Shown here in pieces: positions 18,471-28,235 of a stretch of DNA of 55,613 bases. Under the pieces are notes generated by a model. It worked only from the letters and a program-made list of their open reading frames with translations. It searched no databases and was not told the origin of the DNA. The DNA comes from Thermodesulfobacteriota bacterium (lineage in GTDB: Bacteria; Desulfobacterota; Desulfobacteria; Desulfobacterales; SURF-7): positions 1-55,613 of the forward strand of contig JBMORA010000054.1 of assembly GCA_049320885.1 (NCBI GenBank), given 5' to 3'. Position 1 is the first letter of the stretch; every line of letters starts with the position of its first letter. A program made the translations under genes and the position numbers.

Positions 18471-18746
18471 AAAATTACCAGTTAAGGAAAAAATAATTAA
18501 AATACATAAAAACAGAATGATACAAAAAGTATTACAATAAGTCGGCCATGAAAGTGTTACTCTGTATTGTGAAATAAATTTCCCAATTATAGTGTAAATT
18601 ATTAATTTGTTACTTTAATGAAATACATATTTTTTTCAAGTATTATCTTCAGCCCGCCAACCGGTATCGTCTATAAGGGGCAGTGACGATACCAGCTCAG
18701 CGAAGAGCTATATCAATCCGGTGGTTTTCGGCACAATTCAGAACGA

Positions 18747-20600
18747 TTATTGTTGCTCCAGAAGATGGAGCCGGCCGGTTTGTTGAAATTCCTTCTTGAT
18801 CTCCTGGAAGGCTTCGGGAGTGAGCGGGTAATAGGTGGTATCCCCCCGCTTGCGATAATACACCTGCATGTCCGGATACCGCTCGACATGGAAATGCTGC
18901 TGCTTCAACGGGCGGACAAGAATCTTATGGGTCTGGGTCGTGGGTAAGTCCTCCAGGACCCGGATGTAGTCCGGCATCCATTTGGGGTCCAGGCCGCCGT
19001 TGGTTTGCCGCTCCATGAACCAGTCGAATACCATTCGGGGATCGAAATCCCGGTTGTCGGCGAGCTGAAGCGCCACCATCACTTTTTCATCCGCCACGGG
19101 ACAAGGTACTCCAAAAGCTGCGACCTGCATGACATCCGGTAATTGGAGCGCATGCAGGGCCACGTTTTCCGCGGAGAAATTCTCCCCATCCTTGCGAATC
19201 CAATCGTCCGTCCGGCCATTGAAATATAGATAGCGTTTCCCGTTCACCATGCGGACATGGCCCAGGTCGCCCGAACGATAAAAACCGTCCCGGAATTTTT
19301 TGTCCGTGGCGGCTCGATTTTGAAAATAGCCGTCGAAAAATACGTTGTCCGGTTCCATTTTTCGGGCTATTTCTCCAACAGCCTCCTGATAATTCGTCAG
19401 ATTCCCCTTGGCATCCGGGACACCGGGGGGGCAGATGCAATCCTGTTCATTCAGAATGACGATATCGGAGGAAGTCAATTGCCCGACGCTTTCCGGCGGG
19501 TCGCCCGGCTGCACCACCGTGGTGATGGGCGCCTCGGTGGAACCGTATAATTCGAATATATGCTCCATCCCGAGATATCGGATCATTTTCTCACGATCCA
19601 CGGGTGGGGCTCCGTTCCCGTGGGCGATGCGAAACCGGTTTCTGGGATTCCGGGACAGGGCGGAAACGATGGCCGCCGGATTCCCGTATTTTTTTTCCAG
19701 AGCGGTCAGGATATAGTGAATGGGTTGACCCACATAATTCATATAGGAAACCCCATGGGTCAGGATGTCTCCCTCAAAGGAGCTGGCGCTGAATTTCCTT
19801 TTTAACAAAAAACTGCCGCCCACCAGCATCAGCGGCATGATTCCGAGAAGAATGGAGTTGGAGTGAAACAACGGCATGCAAATATAGCCTCGGTCGTCGG
19901 CGCGGAGACCGATACGCTTGCGGGTGACGAAGGCCGCCCCGATGCATTTGGCGTGGGAGCAGGGAACGCCTTTCGGTAGACCGGTGGTTCCGGAGGTGTA
20001 AATGACGATCAGGGGCCCGAATATGTCGATCCCCCTTTTTTTTATCCCTGCTTCCGGTTCTGTCGTTTTGAGCAGGGCCGTTTCAATGGGGGTGACCTCG
20101 GGGGGGGCGGCGCCGTTTTGCGCCCCTACCAGCAGGACATCCGTTATGGAAAGAGATTTGATGTCTGGCATCACCCGGGATATTTCCCGGATGGTGGTGG
20201 TGTCCGCGATCAGAAGCGAGATGTTCGCCTGGTTGATGATTTTTACGAGCGTGTCTCCCCGAAAGCCGGTATTTAATCCAAACAGGACCGATCCGCTCAT
20301 GGCGGCTCCCATGAAAGCGAAAATGAATTCGGGGGTGTTTTCCTGATAAATGCCCACCGCCATGGGATCTTCCGGTTTGAGGCGCCCATTTCGCACGGCT
20401 TCGGCTTTTTTGAAATGAAACAAGGCAGCATATTGCCGGGCGATCCGGCTGGTATCGGCAAAGGTGTAGGCGCGATCCTCGAAAACGAAAAAAACGCGGT
20501 GTTTTCGAAACGGAGAAGCCGCCAGGAAGGAAAACATGCTCCCCACGTTGAGAAAGCCAAGGGTCTTACGAAGGAAATTTTTGATATTGAACCGTGCCAT
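18747..20600 (-). CDS. Acyl-CoA synthetase (FadD17/FATP-like AMP-binding protein)
   Basis: YTSGTTGLPKG, MPLFHSN, YGSTE, YRSGDLG, GRTDDWIRKDGEN. Confidence 0.9.
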   Translation of the reverse strand: MARFNIKNFLRKTLGFLNVGSMFSFLAASPFRKHRVFFVFEDRAYTFADTSRIARQYAALFHFKKAEAVRNGRLKPEDPMAVGIYQENTPEFIFAFMGAAMSGSVLFGLNTGFRGDTLVKIINQANISLLIADTTTIREISRVMPDIKSLSITDVLLVGAQNGAAPPEVTPIETALLKTTEPEAGIKKRGIDIFGPLIVIYTSGTTGLPKGVPCSHAKCIGAAFVTRKRIGLRADDRGYICMPLFHSNSILLGIMPLMLVGGSFLLKRKFSASSFEGDILTHGVSYMNYVGQPIHYILTALEKKYGNPAAIVSALSRNPRNRFRIAHGNGAPPVDREKMIRYLGMEHIFELYGSTEAPITTVVQPGDPPESVGQLTSSDIVILNEQDCICPPGVPDAKGNLTNYQEAVGEIARKMEPDNVFFDGYFQNRAATDKKFRDGFYRSGDLGHVRMVNGKRYLYFNGRTDDWIRKDGENFSAENVALHALQLPDVMQVAAFGVPCPVADEKVMVALQLADNRDFDPRMVFDWFMERQTNGGLDPKWMPDYIRVLEDLPTTQTHKILVRPLKQQHFHVERYPDMQVYYRKRGDTTYYPLTPEAFQEIKKEFQQTGRLHLLEQQ

Positions 20601-20826
20601 CCCGCGTCAGCCTTCATGAATAGGGGGTGTATTGCTTCAAAAACATACCGAACGGTCTTGTTTTTTTCGAGTCAGATGCCATGAATTGCCAGGCTTGTCA
20701 AGATATGTTTTGCACGATATGCGAATAAGAATTCGCGACGGACGGACATCCACTTGACATCGATTTCCGTTTTTCCTTATAGTCCACTCGGTTTCCATCA
20801 AACTGACATCAAATGAGGTTGTGCGA

Positions 20827-21945
20827 ATGAAAACGAAAAGAACTTCCTTCCCTGTTGCGGTATGTCTGTCGCTTTTCCTGATGCTGCTTTCCCCGGCAGC
20901 CGCTGTTGCCAAGCAAGCCGGCAAGGCTCCCGCCAAAGGTCCCAATACCATCTCCAAGGACCCCTATATCGGGGCCATCGTGGTGGACGCGGCCGATGGC
21001 GCCGTATTGTTCGAGGACAATGCGGACGCCAAGGGATATCCGGCCAGCATAACCAAATTAATGGATCTCCTGGTCATCCTGGAGGCGATCAAGTCCAATC
21101 GTCTGACGTTGAACGACCAGGTGGTGGTGACGGCGGAATCCGCCAGGATCGGCGGGTCACAAGTATATTTGAAGGAAGGGGAGGTCTTTTCCATAGAGGA
21201 ATTGCTGTATGCCCTGATCGTTCAGTCCGCCAATGATGCGGCGACGGCCATTGCGCTGCATTATTCGGGAAGCAAGGAGGCTTTTGTAGCCCTGATGAAC
21301 AAACGCGCCCAGGAGCTTGGAATGAAGGATACGGTTTTTCATTCCGTGCACGGATTGCCGCCGGGAAAGGGGCAGTCGCCGGACGTCTCCACGCCCCGGG
21401 ATATGGTCAAGCTCTGCCGGGAATTGCTCAAACATCCGGAAACGCTTCGCTATACCGCTACAACGGAGCGCTCTTTCCGACCAAATTCTCCGACGCCGTT
21501 CATCATGCGCAGCCATAACCATCTGCTGGGAAAAATGGAAGGGTGCGACGGACTGAAAACCGGTTATTATTTCACCGCCGGTTTTTCCATAGCGGCAACG
21601 GCCTCCAAGAACAATCAACGCGCCATTGCGGTTGTCTTCGGTTCAAGGGACCGGAAAAAGCGGGATGCCAAGACCCGTGAACTCCTGTCAAAAGGATTGA
21701 TGGAACTTGTCATGAAGGCTCCGCCGCCAACCCCTCCCCAGGAGGTTCAGGCGCAAAAATCCGGACAGGTTGCTCCAGAGGCGAGCGCTGCCGCGGAAGA
21801 AAACAAAGGGGAAACGGAAGTCATCCAGATAAAAAAGCGGACGATATACATCGCCGCCGGATTGGTTGCCGGCCTTTTCCTTATTGTTGTCATATGGCGG
21901 TCGGTACGGAAAAGAGAGATGGATAGAGGCCCATACATCAGGTAG
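20827..21945 (+). CDS. D-alanyl-D-alanine carboxypeptidase (peptidase S11) with C-terminal membrane anchor
   Basis: PASITK (SxxK), SAND, GLKTGY, signal peptide and C-terminal TM segment. Upstream TTGACA..TATAGT at 20754-20783. Confidence 0.93.
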   Translation: MKTKRTSFPVAVCLSLFLMLLSPAAAVAKQAGKAPAKGPNTISKDPYIGAIVVDAADGAVLFEDNADAKGYPASITKLMDLLVILEAIKSNRLTLNDQVVVTAESARIGGSQVYLKEGEVFSIEELLYALIVQSANDAATAIALHYSGSKEAFVALMNKRAQELGMKDTVFHSVHGLPPGKGQSPDVSTPRDMVKLCRELLKHPETLRYTATTERSFRPNSPTPFIMRSHNHLLGKMEGCDGLKTGYYFTAGFSIAATASKNNQRAIAVVFGSRDRKKRDAKTRELLSKGLMELVMKAPPPTPPQEVQAQKSGQVAPEASAAAEENKGETEVIQIKKRTIYIAAGLVAGLFLIVVIWRSVRKREMDRGPYIR

Positions 21946-22084
21946 CAGCACGCCGGTGAAATCATCCTCTGAAACACAATGCGTTTGACATGCCTAAGGG
22001 TTTATTTTATCATAATCTTTAGGGGATTGGGATTCATGGTGCCGTGAGTTTCCGGTAACAGGTTATCATAGCAGAGGATTGTAG

Positions 22085-22516
22085 ATGAAAAAAAAATCGG
22101 CGTTTTTGCTGGTTGCGATTCTGATGGTGACTGTCGGGTACGGTGAATGCAAAACCAAGATACTGCCGGAACCCCGGGTTGTTTCAGGTCCCAAATACCG
22201 GGTGGAGGAACTGGATGCCATGATGCACGAGCAGGGAATTTTCGTGGTCAGCGGAAAGATTCGCAACATGGAAGCCAACGCCACCAGGGGGTATGTTATT
22301 GTTTATTTCGCAGATGAAGGCGACCGGGTGGTGGATTCTTCCGAGGCCGAAGTCAATGAAAGCATGCCCATCGAACCGGGCCAGACCGGTTTTTTTGAAC
22401 TGTCGAAAACCATCGCCAGCCATGAGCTGGTGCAAAAAACTTTCATTGAATATGTCGAACGGGAAAGAGTCCTGAAACCCATCAAACCACTAATCGGAGT
22501 GAACCGGAAACCGTAA
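22085..22516 (+). CDS. Exported hypothetical protein (FxLYD-like beta-sandwich)
   Basis: Signal peptide and the pattern VSGKIRN...VYFAD...IEPGQTGFF. Promoter TTGACA-17-TATCAT at 21985-22013. Confidence 0.6.
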   Translation: MKKKSAFLLVAILMVTVGYGECKTKILPEPRVVSGPKYRVEELDAMMHEQGIFVVSGKIRNMEANATRGYVIVYFADEGDRVVDSSEAEVNESMPIEPGQTGFFELSKTIASHELVQKTFIEYVERERVLKPIKPLIGVNRKP

Positions 22517-22600
22517 CCGCCGTCTACATGGCTATGGGCGCCGGGGTTGAGGATTGACGCCTTGGGGAGTCCGGTTCCCGTCTGATTCGGCAGGGCCGAT

Positions 22601-22948
22601 CTACTCGGACGTCGCCGGTATGGACACTTTCAGGGTGATGTGGAGTCTGTCTTTCCAGGGCCAGAACATGGCCAGGACCGGATTGTCCCCGATCTTATTG
22701 AAATACAGGGTCTGATCTGGTCGGATGCCGCGGAGTTCGCGGGTCAGGCGGTGATCACGACCGGACGGTGGTTTCCCGGCCGGTTTTACGGGCGGGCCCA
22801 ACAGGCTCGTAAATGTTTCCGTCCATTTTGGCAGGTGCTCGGCGAAAAAAACGAGCTCGATGTAATCCGCTTTTTGTTTTTTTATTTTTTTGAATTTCAA
22901 TTCATTGCAGGTTTCAAGGATCAGCTTTATGGACATGTTCACTCCCAT
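22601..22948 (-). CDS. Hypothetical protein
   Basis: LGPPVKPAG..GIRPDQTLY..AMFWPW looks protein-like and fills the gap between neighbours. Confidence 0.65.
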   Translation of the reverse strand: MGVNMSIKLILETCNELKFKKIKKQKADYIELVFFAEHLPKWTETFTSLLGPPVKPAGKPPSGRDHRLTRELRGIRPDQTLYFNKIGDNPVLAMFWPWKDRLHITLKVSIPATSE

Positions 22949-23051
22949 GGCATCGGCCGTGCGCGTGATAAACCGGAAAGGGCGTTCTGAATATGCCTGC
23001 CACGATATCGGGCCTGGAATGAAATTTCAACACAAAACCTTGAGGGGTGGA

Positions 23052-23345
23052 ATGAAAAAAGCGATCTTCATCATAGTGGCGTTGCTGCTGCCCGTGACAT
23101 CGCCGGCATACGAAACACTGCGATGCAATAACAGCGTCATCCAGACAGGTGATCATAAAAGCAAGGTTCTGCAGAGCTGCGGGGAACCGGATATGAAGGA
23201 GGATATGGGCACAAAAGTCTACCGCGACGCAAATGAAAAAAGGGAATTACCCGTCAGCGAATGGACGTATATCCGGTATCAATACGATATCGTGATCACC
23301 TTTGAAGGTGGTAAGGTAGTGAAAATTGAAAATATATACAAATAG
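23052..23345 (+). CDS. DUF2845-like small exported protein
   Basis: Signal peptide, LRC..IQTGD..VLQSCGEP, EWTY, ITFEGGKVVKI. Confidence 0.8.
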   Translation: MKKAIFIIVALLLPVTSPAYETLRCNNSVIQTGDHKSKVLQSCGEPDMKEDMGTKVYRDANEKRELPVSEWTYIRYQYDIVITFEGGKVVKIENIYK

Positions 23346-23574
23346 AAACTTTTTTTCTTGACAATTCCGAAACGATCCGTTACAGGACAAAAACAACAAC
23401 AGCCATGCCTGCCGTTTAACAACTACCCGCCGAAGTGTTGCATTGAAGAAGTACCCCGTAGCTTGTAGCGAATTCAATTCGAATCGAGAGCCCTGTCCGT
23501 CGTCATCTGAAATATAACCGGAAAAGACGGACGGATATTTGTATCGCCTCGTACCCTGGAAACCGGGAGAAGGA

Positions 23575-24234
23575 ATGATGCGGATTTTCTCGCTGCAACA
23601 ACTTCTGCTATGTGGAATTCGGTTGAAAGCGGCTGCGGCGGCCGCCACCGGTGGATACCGGCATCCAATTATCCGGTCGCAGCTTGGCTTCACGCTGGCG
23701 GAACTGATGACCGTCATCAGCATTATTGCGCTTGCTGCTACCATCGCCTCACCAATTTATTTTAGCTGGCTGCCCCGCTATCGGCTCAGGCACGCCGCCC
23801 TGGAACTCTTTGCGAATTATCAGCGGGCCAGGATGCTGGCGATTCGAAACGGGTCCGAAGTGGCCGTGGTGTTCAAGCCCGAAGCCGGGATCTATCAAAT
23901 TGTCAGCGGCGGAACAAACGGACGCTATGACGGTTTTTTGTATCCAAGCGATGATGTCGTCACCCAGACGGTGCGATTGTCCGATTATGGCAGCGATGTG
24001 GCCTTTGGGCACGGGGACGCCCTGAAAAATGCCACGTCCACCGCGGACGCCAAATTTCCTGCGGATGGCATCAGCTATAACGATAATATCGCGAAATTCA
24101 ACGGGGAAGGTCTAAGCAATATCAAGGGGCATGTTTATCTGACCAACTGCCGTCGTAGTGCTTTCGCCGTGGCGACACCAACGATGGCCGGGACAGTCCG
24201 GCTGCTGATGTGGAACGGACTCGAATGGGAATAA
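23575..24234 (+). CDS. Type IV minor pilin FimT/FimU (GspH-like)
   Basis: Prepilin motif G|FTLAELMTV and ARMLAI. Confidence 0.85.
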   Translation: MMRIFSLQQLLLCGIRLKAAAAAATGGYRHPIIRSQLGFTLAELMTVISIIALAATIASPIYFSWLPRYRLRHAALELFANYQRARMLAIRNGSEVAVVFKPEAGIYQIVSGGTNGRYDGFLYPSDDVVTQTVRLSDYGSDVAFGHGDALKNATSTADAKFPADGISYNDNIAKFNGEGLSNIKGHVYLTNCRRSAFAVATPTMAGTVRLLMWNGLEWE

Positions 24235-25175
24235 GGGTTGACCGGAACCGCTGTAGCGACGCCACCCGCAAACCGAAGGCCCCCAATGCCTTCAGTCTGG
24301 TGGAGGTTTTGATGGCCCTGGCGCTGGCAGGTTTTGTCGTGGGAGGCATCATGAAGGCCTTTATCGCGCAAAGCCATTCGTATAAAGCGCAGATCATGAC
24401 GGCGTCTCTGCAACAGAATCTGAGGGCGGCGATGAATGTACTGGCCCGGGATATTCTGCTGGCCGGGTATTACACGAGCATGGACCCCCGGATTTATCCC
24501 GCCTGTGTGGACTGGAACCCGAAAAATCCAGGACGGGAGGATCTGCTGCCGTATATCCACGGGGTCGACAACATCAATGGTATCCTGCATTATCGCAACG
24601 GCACGGACTCCATTGTGCTCGTAAAGGCAAGCGACGATGGCGGGCGTCTGAACGACACGGAATACGGTCAAAGCGGCGGCAGCAGCATCAAGGTTGACAA
24701 CCTGGATCTGGACGAGGACGGTGATGTCGATTTGACCGATACCGCGCGTCGATTCGGGGTATTGGTGAAATCCGATTACACCGTCGGGCAGCTGTTCGAA
24801 ATCTTTCAGATCAACAACGGGGAAATCGCCGTCAAATATCCATTGTCGGCCACTTATCTGGAGAACGATATGATCGCCCGGGCGGATGTCGTTATTTACC
24901 GAGTTGACGACGCCAATCCGACGTTTTCCCGTTCTGTTCTCGCCCGAAAAAATGTGGGTAACGGCGACCAGTTTCAAGTGGTGGCCGAGGACATCGTCGA
25001 TCTGCAGTGCGTCTATATTCTGGGAAACGGTTCCGAGGTGACGGACCCCCATGGTTGTGAGTCCAGAATTCGCGCGGTCAAGGTTTGTCTCCGGGGTGAA
25101 GTAGACGTTCCCCGGCAGGGAAAAATCCAACGAGTCCTGGAGTCGGTTGTCATGGTGCGGAATGCGCCCAGATAA
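24225..25175 (+). CDS. Type IV minor pilin PilW-like
   Basis: A|FSLVEVLMAL, QQNLRAAM..RDILLAGY, VAEDIVDLQ and C-terminal VRN. Confidence 0.85.
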   Translation: MGIRVDRNRCSDATRKPKAPNAFSLVEVLMALALAGFVVGGIMKAFIAQSHSYKAQIMTASLQQNLRAAMNVLARDILLAGYYTSMDPRIYPACVDWNPKNPGREDLLPYIHGVDNINGILHYRNGTDSIVLVKASDDGGRLNDTEYGQSGGSSIKVDNLDLDEDGDVDLTDTARRFGVLVKSDYTVGQLFEIFQINNGEIAVKYPLSATYLENDMIARADVVIYRVDDANPTFSRSVLARKNVGNGDQFQVVAEDIVDLQCVYILGNGSEVTDPHGCESRIRAVKVCLRGEVDVPRQGKIQRVLESVVMVRNAPR

Positions 25176-25215
25176 GTGCTGGCAAGGAAAGGATGGGAAG
25201 CGCCGCGGTCACCGG

Positions 25216-25641
25216 ATGGACCGGAATGGATTCACATTTGTGGAAGTCATGATCGCCATGACGGTTTTTTCCATCGGCATGCTGGGTATTATCGGGTTGC
25301 AGCTCTCCGGAATCGGCAATAACCGGCTCGGTGGATTGGGGACCAGGGCCATGGGGCTGGCGCAGATGCAGATGGAGCAGATCATGCAGATGGATTTTCA
25401 AGACCCGGGTATCCGCGATGTGAATCCAGGTAACAACGGCGACCTGATGTCGGTCAAAAACGTCGACTACCGCAACATCGATGCCTTCGGGAATGTGATC
25501 GACTGGCATCCGTTTACGCTGGTCTGGAACGTCGCCGCCGATGTCCCGATTCCCGAAACAAAAACCATAGTCATTACCATCCAATGGGATAACGGCAAGA
25601 GGAGCAGGCAATTGGTGGGAATCAAGTCTTCCCTGTGGTAG
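25216..25641 (+). CDS. Type IV minor pilin PilV-like
   Basis: G|FTFVEVMIAMTVFSIGMLG and AQMQMEQI. Confidence 0.85.
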   Translation: MDRNGFTFVEVMIAMTVFSIGMLGIIGLQLSGIGNNRLGGLGTRAMGLAQMQMEQIMQMDFQDPGIRDVNPGNNGDLMSVKNVDYRNIDAFGNVIDWHPFTLVWNVAADVPIPETKTIVITIQWDNGKRSRQLVGIKSSLW

Positions 25642-25675
25642 CTTGCCGTTTTGGGTAGAGCCATTTCAAAGCAAA

Positions 25676-26170
25676 ATGAAAAAACTGGTTGCCGGGCAAG
25701 ATAACGAGCGCCGCGGAATCGGCGCCCGCCGATTGGAGCGGGGATCGGTCAATGGAACGGCTGTTTTTTTCCTGGCCCTGCTCAGCATATTGGCCGTCAC
25801 GGTCAGTTCTTTCTCCACCAGTGAGGTTCTGATATCCAGGAATGAAGCCGTCCGAAAAAGGGACTTCTATATCGCCGAAGGCGGTGTTCACAGGGAAGCC
25901 CGGGAAATCGGAAGCGGTCATTATGATGTGGACGACATCAATAGTACCCAGGTTGTCGCCACGGAAAAAACCACCGATCTGCCCCTGCCGGCTCCCCATC
26001 GGGTTTTGGGCGAGCCGTATGATTTCACGGTCACCTATGCGGGTGTTTTCCAGCCCACCAAAGGTTTTTCCGCCAAACATTTCCAGCGTCATGATTACGA
26101 GATCCAGGTAACCCATGGCACCTGCCTGATAAAAGCCAGATTTGCCCGTATCGGCCCTAAAACGGAATGA
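25676..26170 (+). CDS. Type IV minor pilin PilX-like
   Basis: ERG|S followed by a hydrophobic helix without Glu5, then EVLISRN..FYIAEGG. Confidence 0.75.
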   Translation: MKKLVAGQDNERRGIGARRLERGSVNGTAVFFLALLSILAVTVSSFSTSEVLISRNEAVRKRDFYIAEGGVHREAREIGSGHYDVDDINSTQVVATEKTTDLPLPAPHRVLGEPYDFTVTYAGVFQPTKGFSAKHFQRHDYEIQVTHGTCLIKARFARIGPKTE

Positions 26171-26289
26171 CTCCGTAGGAGGAATTCAGGAAAAGACTTG
26201 ATTGCACTCCGGAAGCTGATATATCCAATTCGACAGTTCTATCGTTCAGTTACCCTTTAGAACCTTTTCGAATGGAGAAAGGGTGTGTC

Positions 26290-28116
26290 ATGGCCGTCAG
26301 CCGAGCCTCGTCTTTTTCAGTTGAAAATGTCTGCCAGATTCTGGCCGGCATGGGAATTATTTCCCAATCCCAGTCTGAAAAAATTCTGCTCAACAAGGAT
26401 CGTGTGCAGCAGAAACTGGAAAAAGAAAGAAGGAACCGGCAGGCGCATTTGCCGGAAGGCCGGCGGATCGAAAACCCGGTGACCTCCATTGATATTATCG
26501 CCTGTTTGAATTTGCGGCGGGCCGATGACCCGGAAAAACATGTCGACGAGGAAACGCTTTATCAGCTGCTGGCGGAAACCTGGGATGTTCCCTATCAGAA
26601 AATCGATCCATTGAAACTGGACCTGAATACGGTCACAACGACAATTCCGCGGTCTTTTGCCATGAAGCACCTGGTCTTGCCCGTCGCCGTGCAGGACGGT
26701 TGCCTGACCATCGCCACATCAGATCCGTTCAATTTGGAAGCCTTCGATGATATCACGCGGGTCAGTCAGCTGAAGGTCCGGGTGGTGCTCAGTTCCAAAT
26801 CGGACATCATCACGCTGATTGACGAATTTTTCGGTTTCAAGCGTTCCATTGCCGCAGCGGAAATGGAATTCGGCTCCATGGGTCCGGATCTGGGCAACTT
26901 GGAGCAATATGTCAGACTGCATTCCGTTGATGAATTGCCTTCCAACGATCGGCATATCGTCAATGCCGTGAATCATCTGTTCAGCTATGCCATCGATCAG
27001 CGGGCCAGCGACATTCACATTGAGCCCAAGAGGGACGTCAGTCTGGTGCGCATGCGGATTGACGGTATCCTTCATACGGTCTACAAGCTGCCCAAAAAAG
27101 TTCATCTGGCCATCGTCAGCCGCATCAAGAATTTGTCCCGCCTGGATATGTCTGAAAAACGTCGGCCCCAGGACGGTCGCATCAAGACGGACAAGGGCGG
27201 CGTGGAAGTAGAGGTCCGGATTTCGACCGTTCCGGTGGCTTTCGGCGAAAAGGTCGTGATGCGGATCATGGATCCGGATATCCTGTTCCAGGACTTGAAA
27301 AAACTGGGATTCAGCGACCACGATTACTCCCGTTTCAGCCGGTTCGTCCAGATGCCCCATGGAATTGTCCTGGTATGTGGCCCCACCGGCAGCGGGAAGT
27401 CTACGACGCTGTATTCGGCCATGCGGGGGCTCTCTTCGCCGGAAATCAATATCGTCACGGTGGAGGACCCAATTGAAATGATTCATGAGGATTTTAACCA
27501 GATTGCGGTTCAACCGGCGGTGGATATCACCTTCGACTCCATTCTGCGAACCATTTTGCGTCAGGATCCCGATGTCATCATGATCGGTGAAATGCGGGAT
27601 CTCCCCACCGCCCAGAATGCGGTCCAGGCTGCCTTGACCGGTCATCTGGTCTTATCCAGCCTGCACACAAACGATGCGCCCTCGGCCGTCACCCGGATGC
27701 TGGATCTAGGGGTACCGCATTTTTTGATCCAGGCGACGTTGATCGGTGTCCTGGGGCAGCGTCTTGTCCGTAAGATTTGTCCGTATTGCAAGGAAGTCTT
27801 CGGAATGGAACCATCGGCCCTGATGGATTTGGGGATCACGATTCCGGGGAAAAAAAGCGTGATTTCCCTCAGCCGGGGTAACGGCTGTATCCGCTGCCGG
27901 GGAACCGGCTATTTGGGCAGAATTGGAATATTCGAGGTGTTGCCCTATTCAGAGGAAATCCGGAGATTGACCACCAACCAGACCGATCTGGAAGTGATCC
28001 GCAAAGCCGCCCGCCGGGAGGGGATGAAAACCCTTCGGGAAGATGCCGTGGAGAAAATGCTGGACGGCCTGACAACCTACCAGGAAGTGTTGCGGGTTAC
28101 CTGGGAGGCGGCTTGA
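26290..28116 (+). CDS. GspE/PilB-family secretion/pilus assembly ATPase
   Basis: RASDIHIEP, GPTGSGKSTTLY, LRQDPDVIMIGEMRD, TGHLV and tetra-Cys CPYC..CIRC. Confidence 0.95.
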   Translation: MAVSRASSFSVENVCQILAGMGIISQSQSEKILLNKDRVQQKLEKERRNRQAHLPEGRRIENPVTSIDIIACLNLRRADDPEKHVDEETLYQLLAETWDVPYQKIDPLKLDLNTVTTTIPRSFAMKHLVLPVAVQDGCLTIATSDPFNLEAFDDITRVSQLKVRVVLSSKSDIITLIDEFFGFKRSIAAAEMEFGSMGPDLGNLEQYVRLHSVDELPSNDRHIVNAVNHLFSYAIDQRASDIHIEPKRDVSLVRMRIDGILHTVYKLPKKVHLAIVSRIKNLSRLDMSEKRRPQDGRIKTDKGGVEVEVRISTVPVAFGEKVVMRIMDPDILFQDLKKLGFSDHDYSRFSRFVQMPHGIVLVCGPTGSGKSTTLYSAMRGLSSPEINIVTVEDPIEMIHEDFNQIAVQPAVDITFDSILRTILRQDPDVIMIGEMRDLPTAQNAVQAALTGHLVLSSLHTNDAPSAVTRMLDLGVPHFLIQATLIGVLGQRLVRKICPYCKEVFGMEPSALMDLGITIPGKKSVISLSRGNGCIRCRGTGYLGRIGIFEVLPYSEEIRRLTTNQTDLEVIRKAARREGMKTLREDAVEKMLDGLTTYQEVLRVTWEAA

Positions 28117-28235
28117 ATACAGGTGCCCGTCGCGTTTGCTGAAAACACCGGCGCCTGCTCCTTCCCTTCAGGCAATAGACAAACAGGCCCCCCTTGGAAC
28201 AGGAGGGCCTGCAAGAGGCGGGCTTGATTTTCCGG

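Noticed and set aside
23450..23490. taccccgtagcttg motif reminiscent of a small dispersed palindromic repeat
   Set aside because: Single copy in the window with no complementary arm, so it cannot be supported here.
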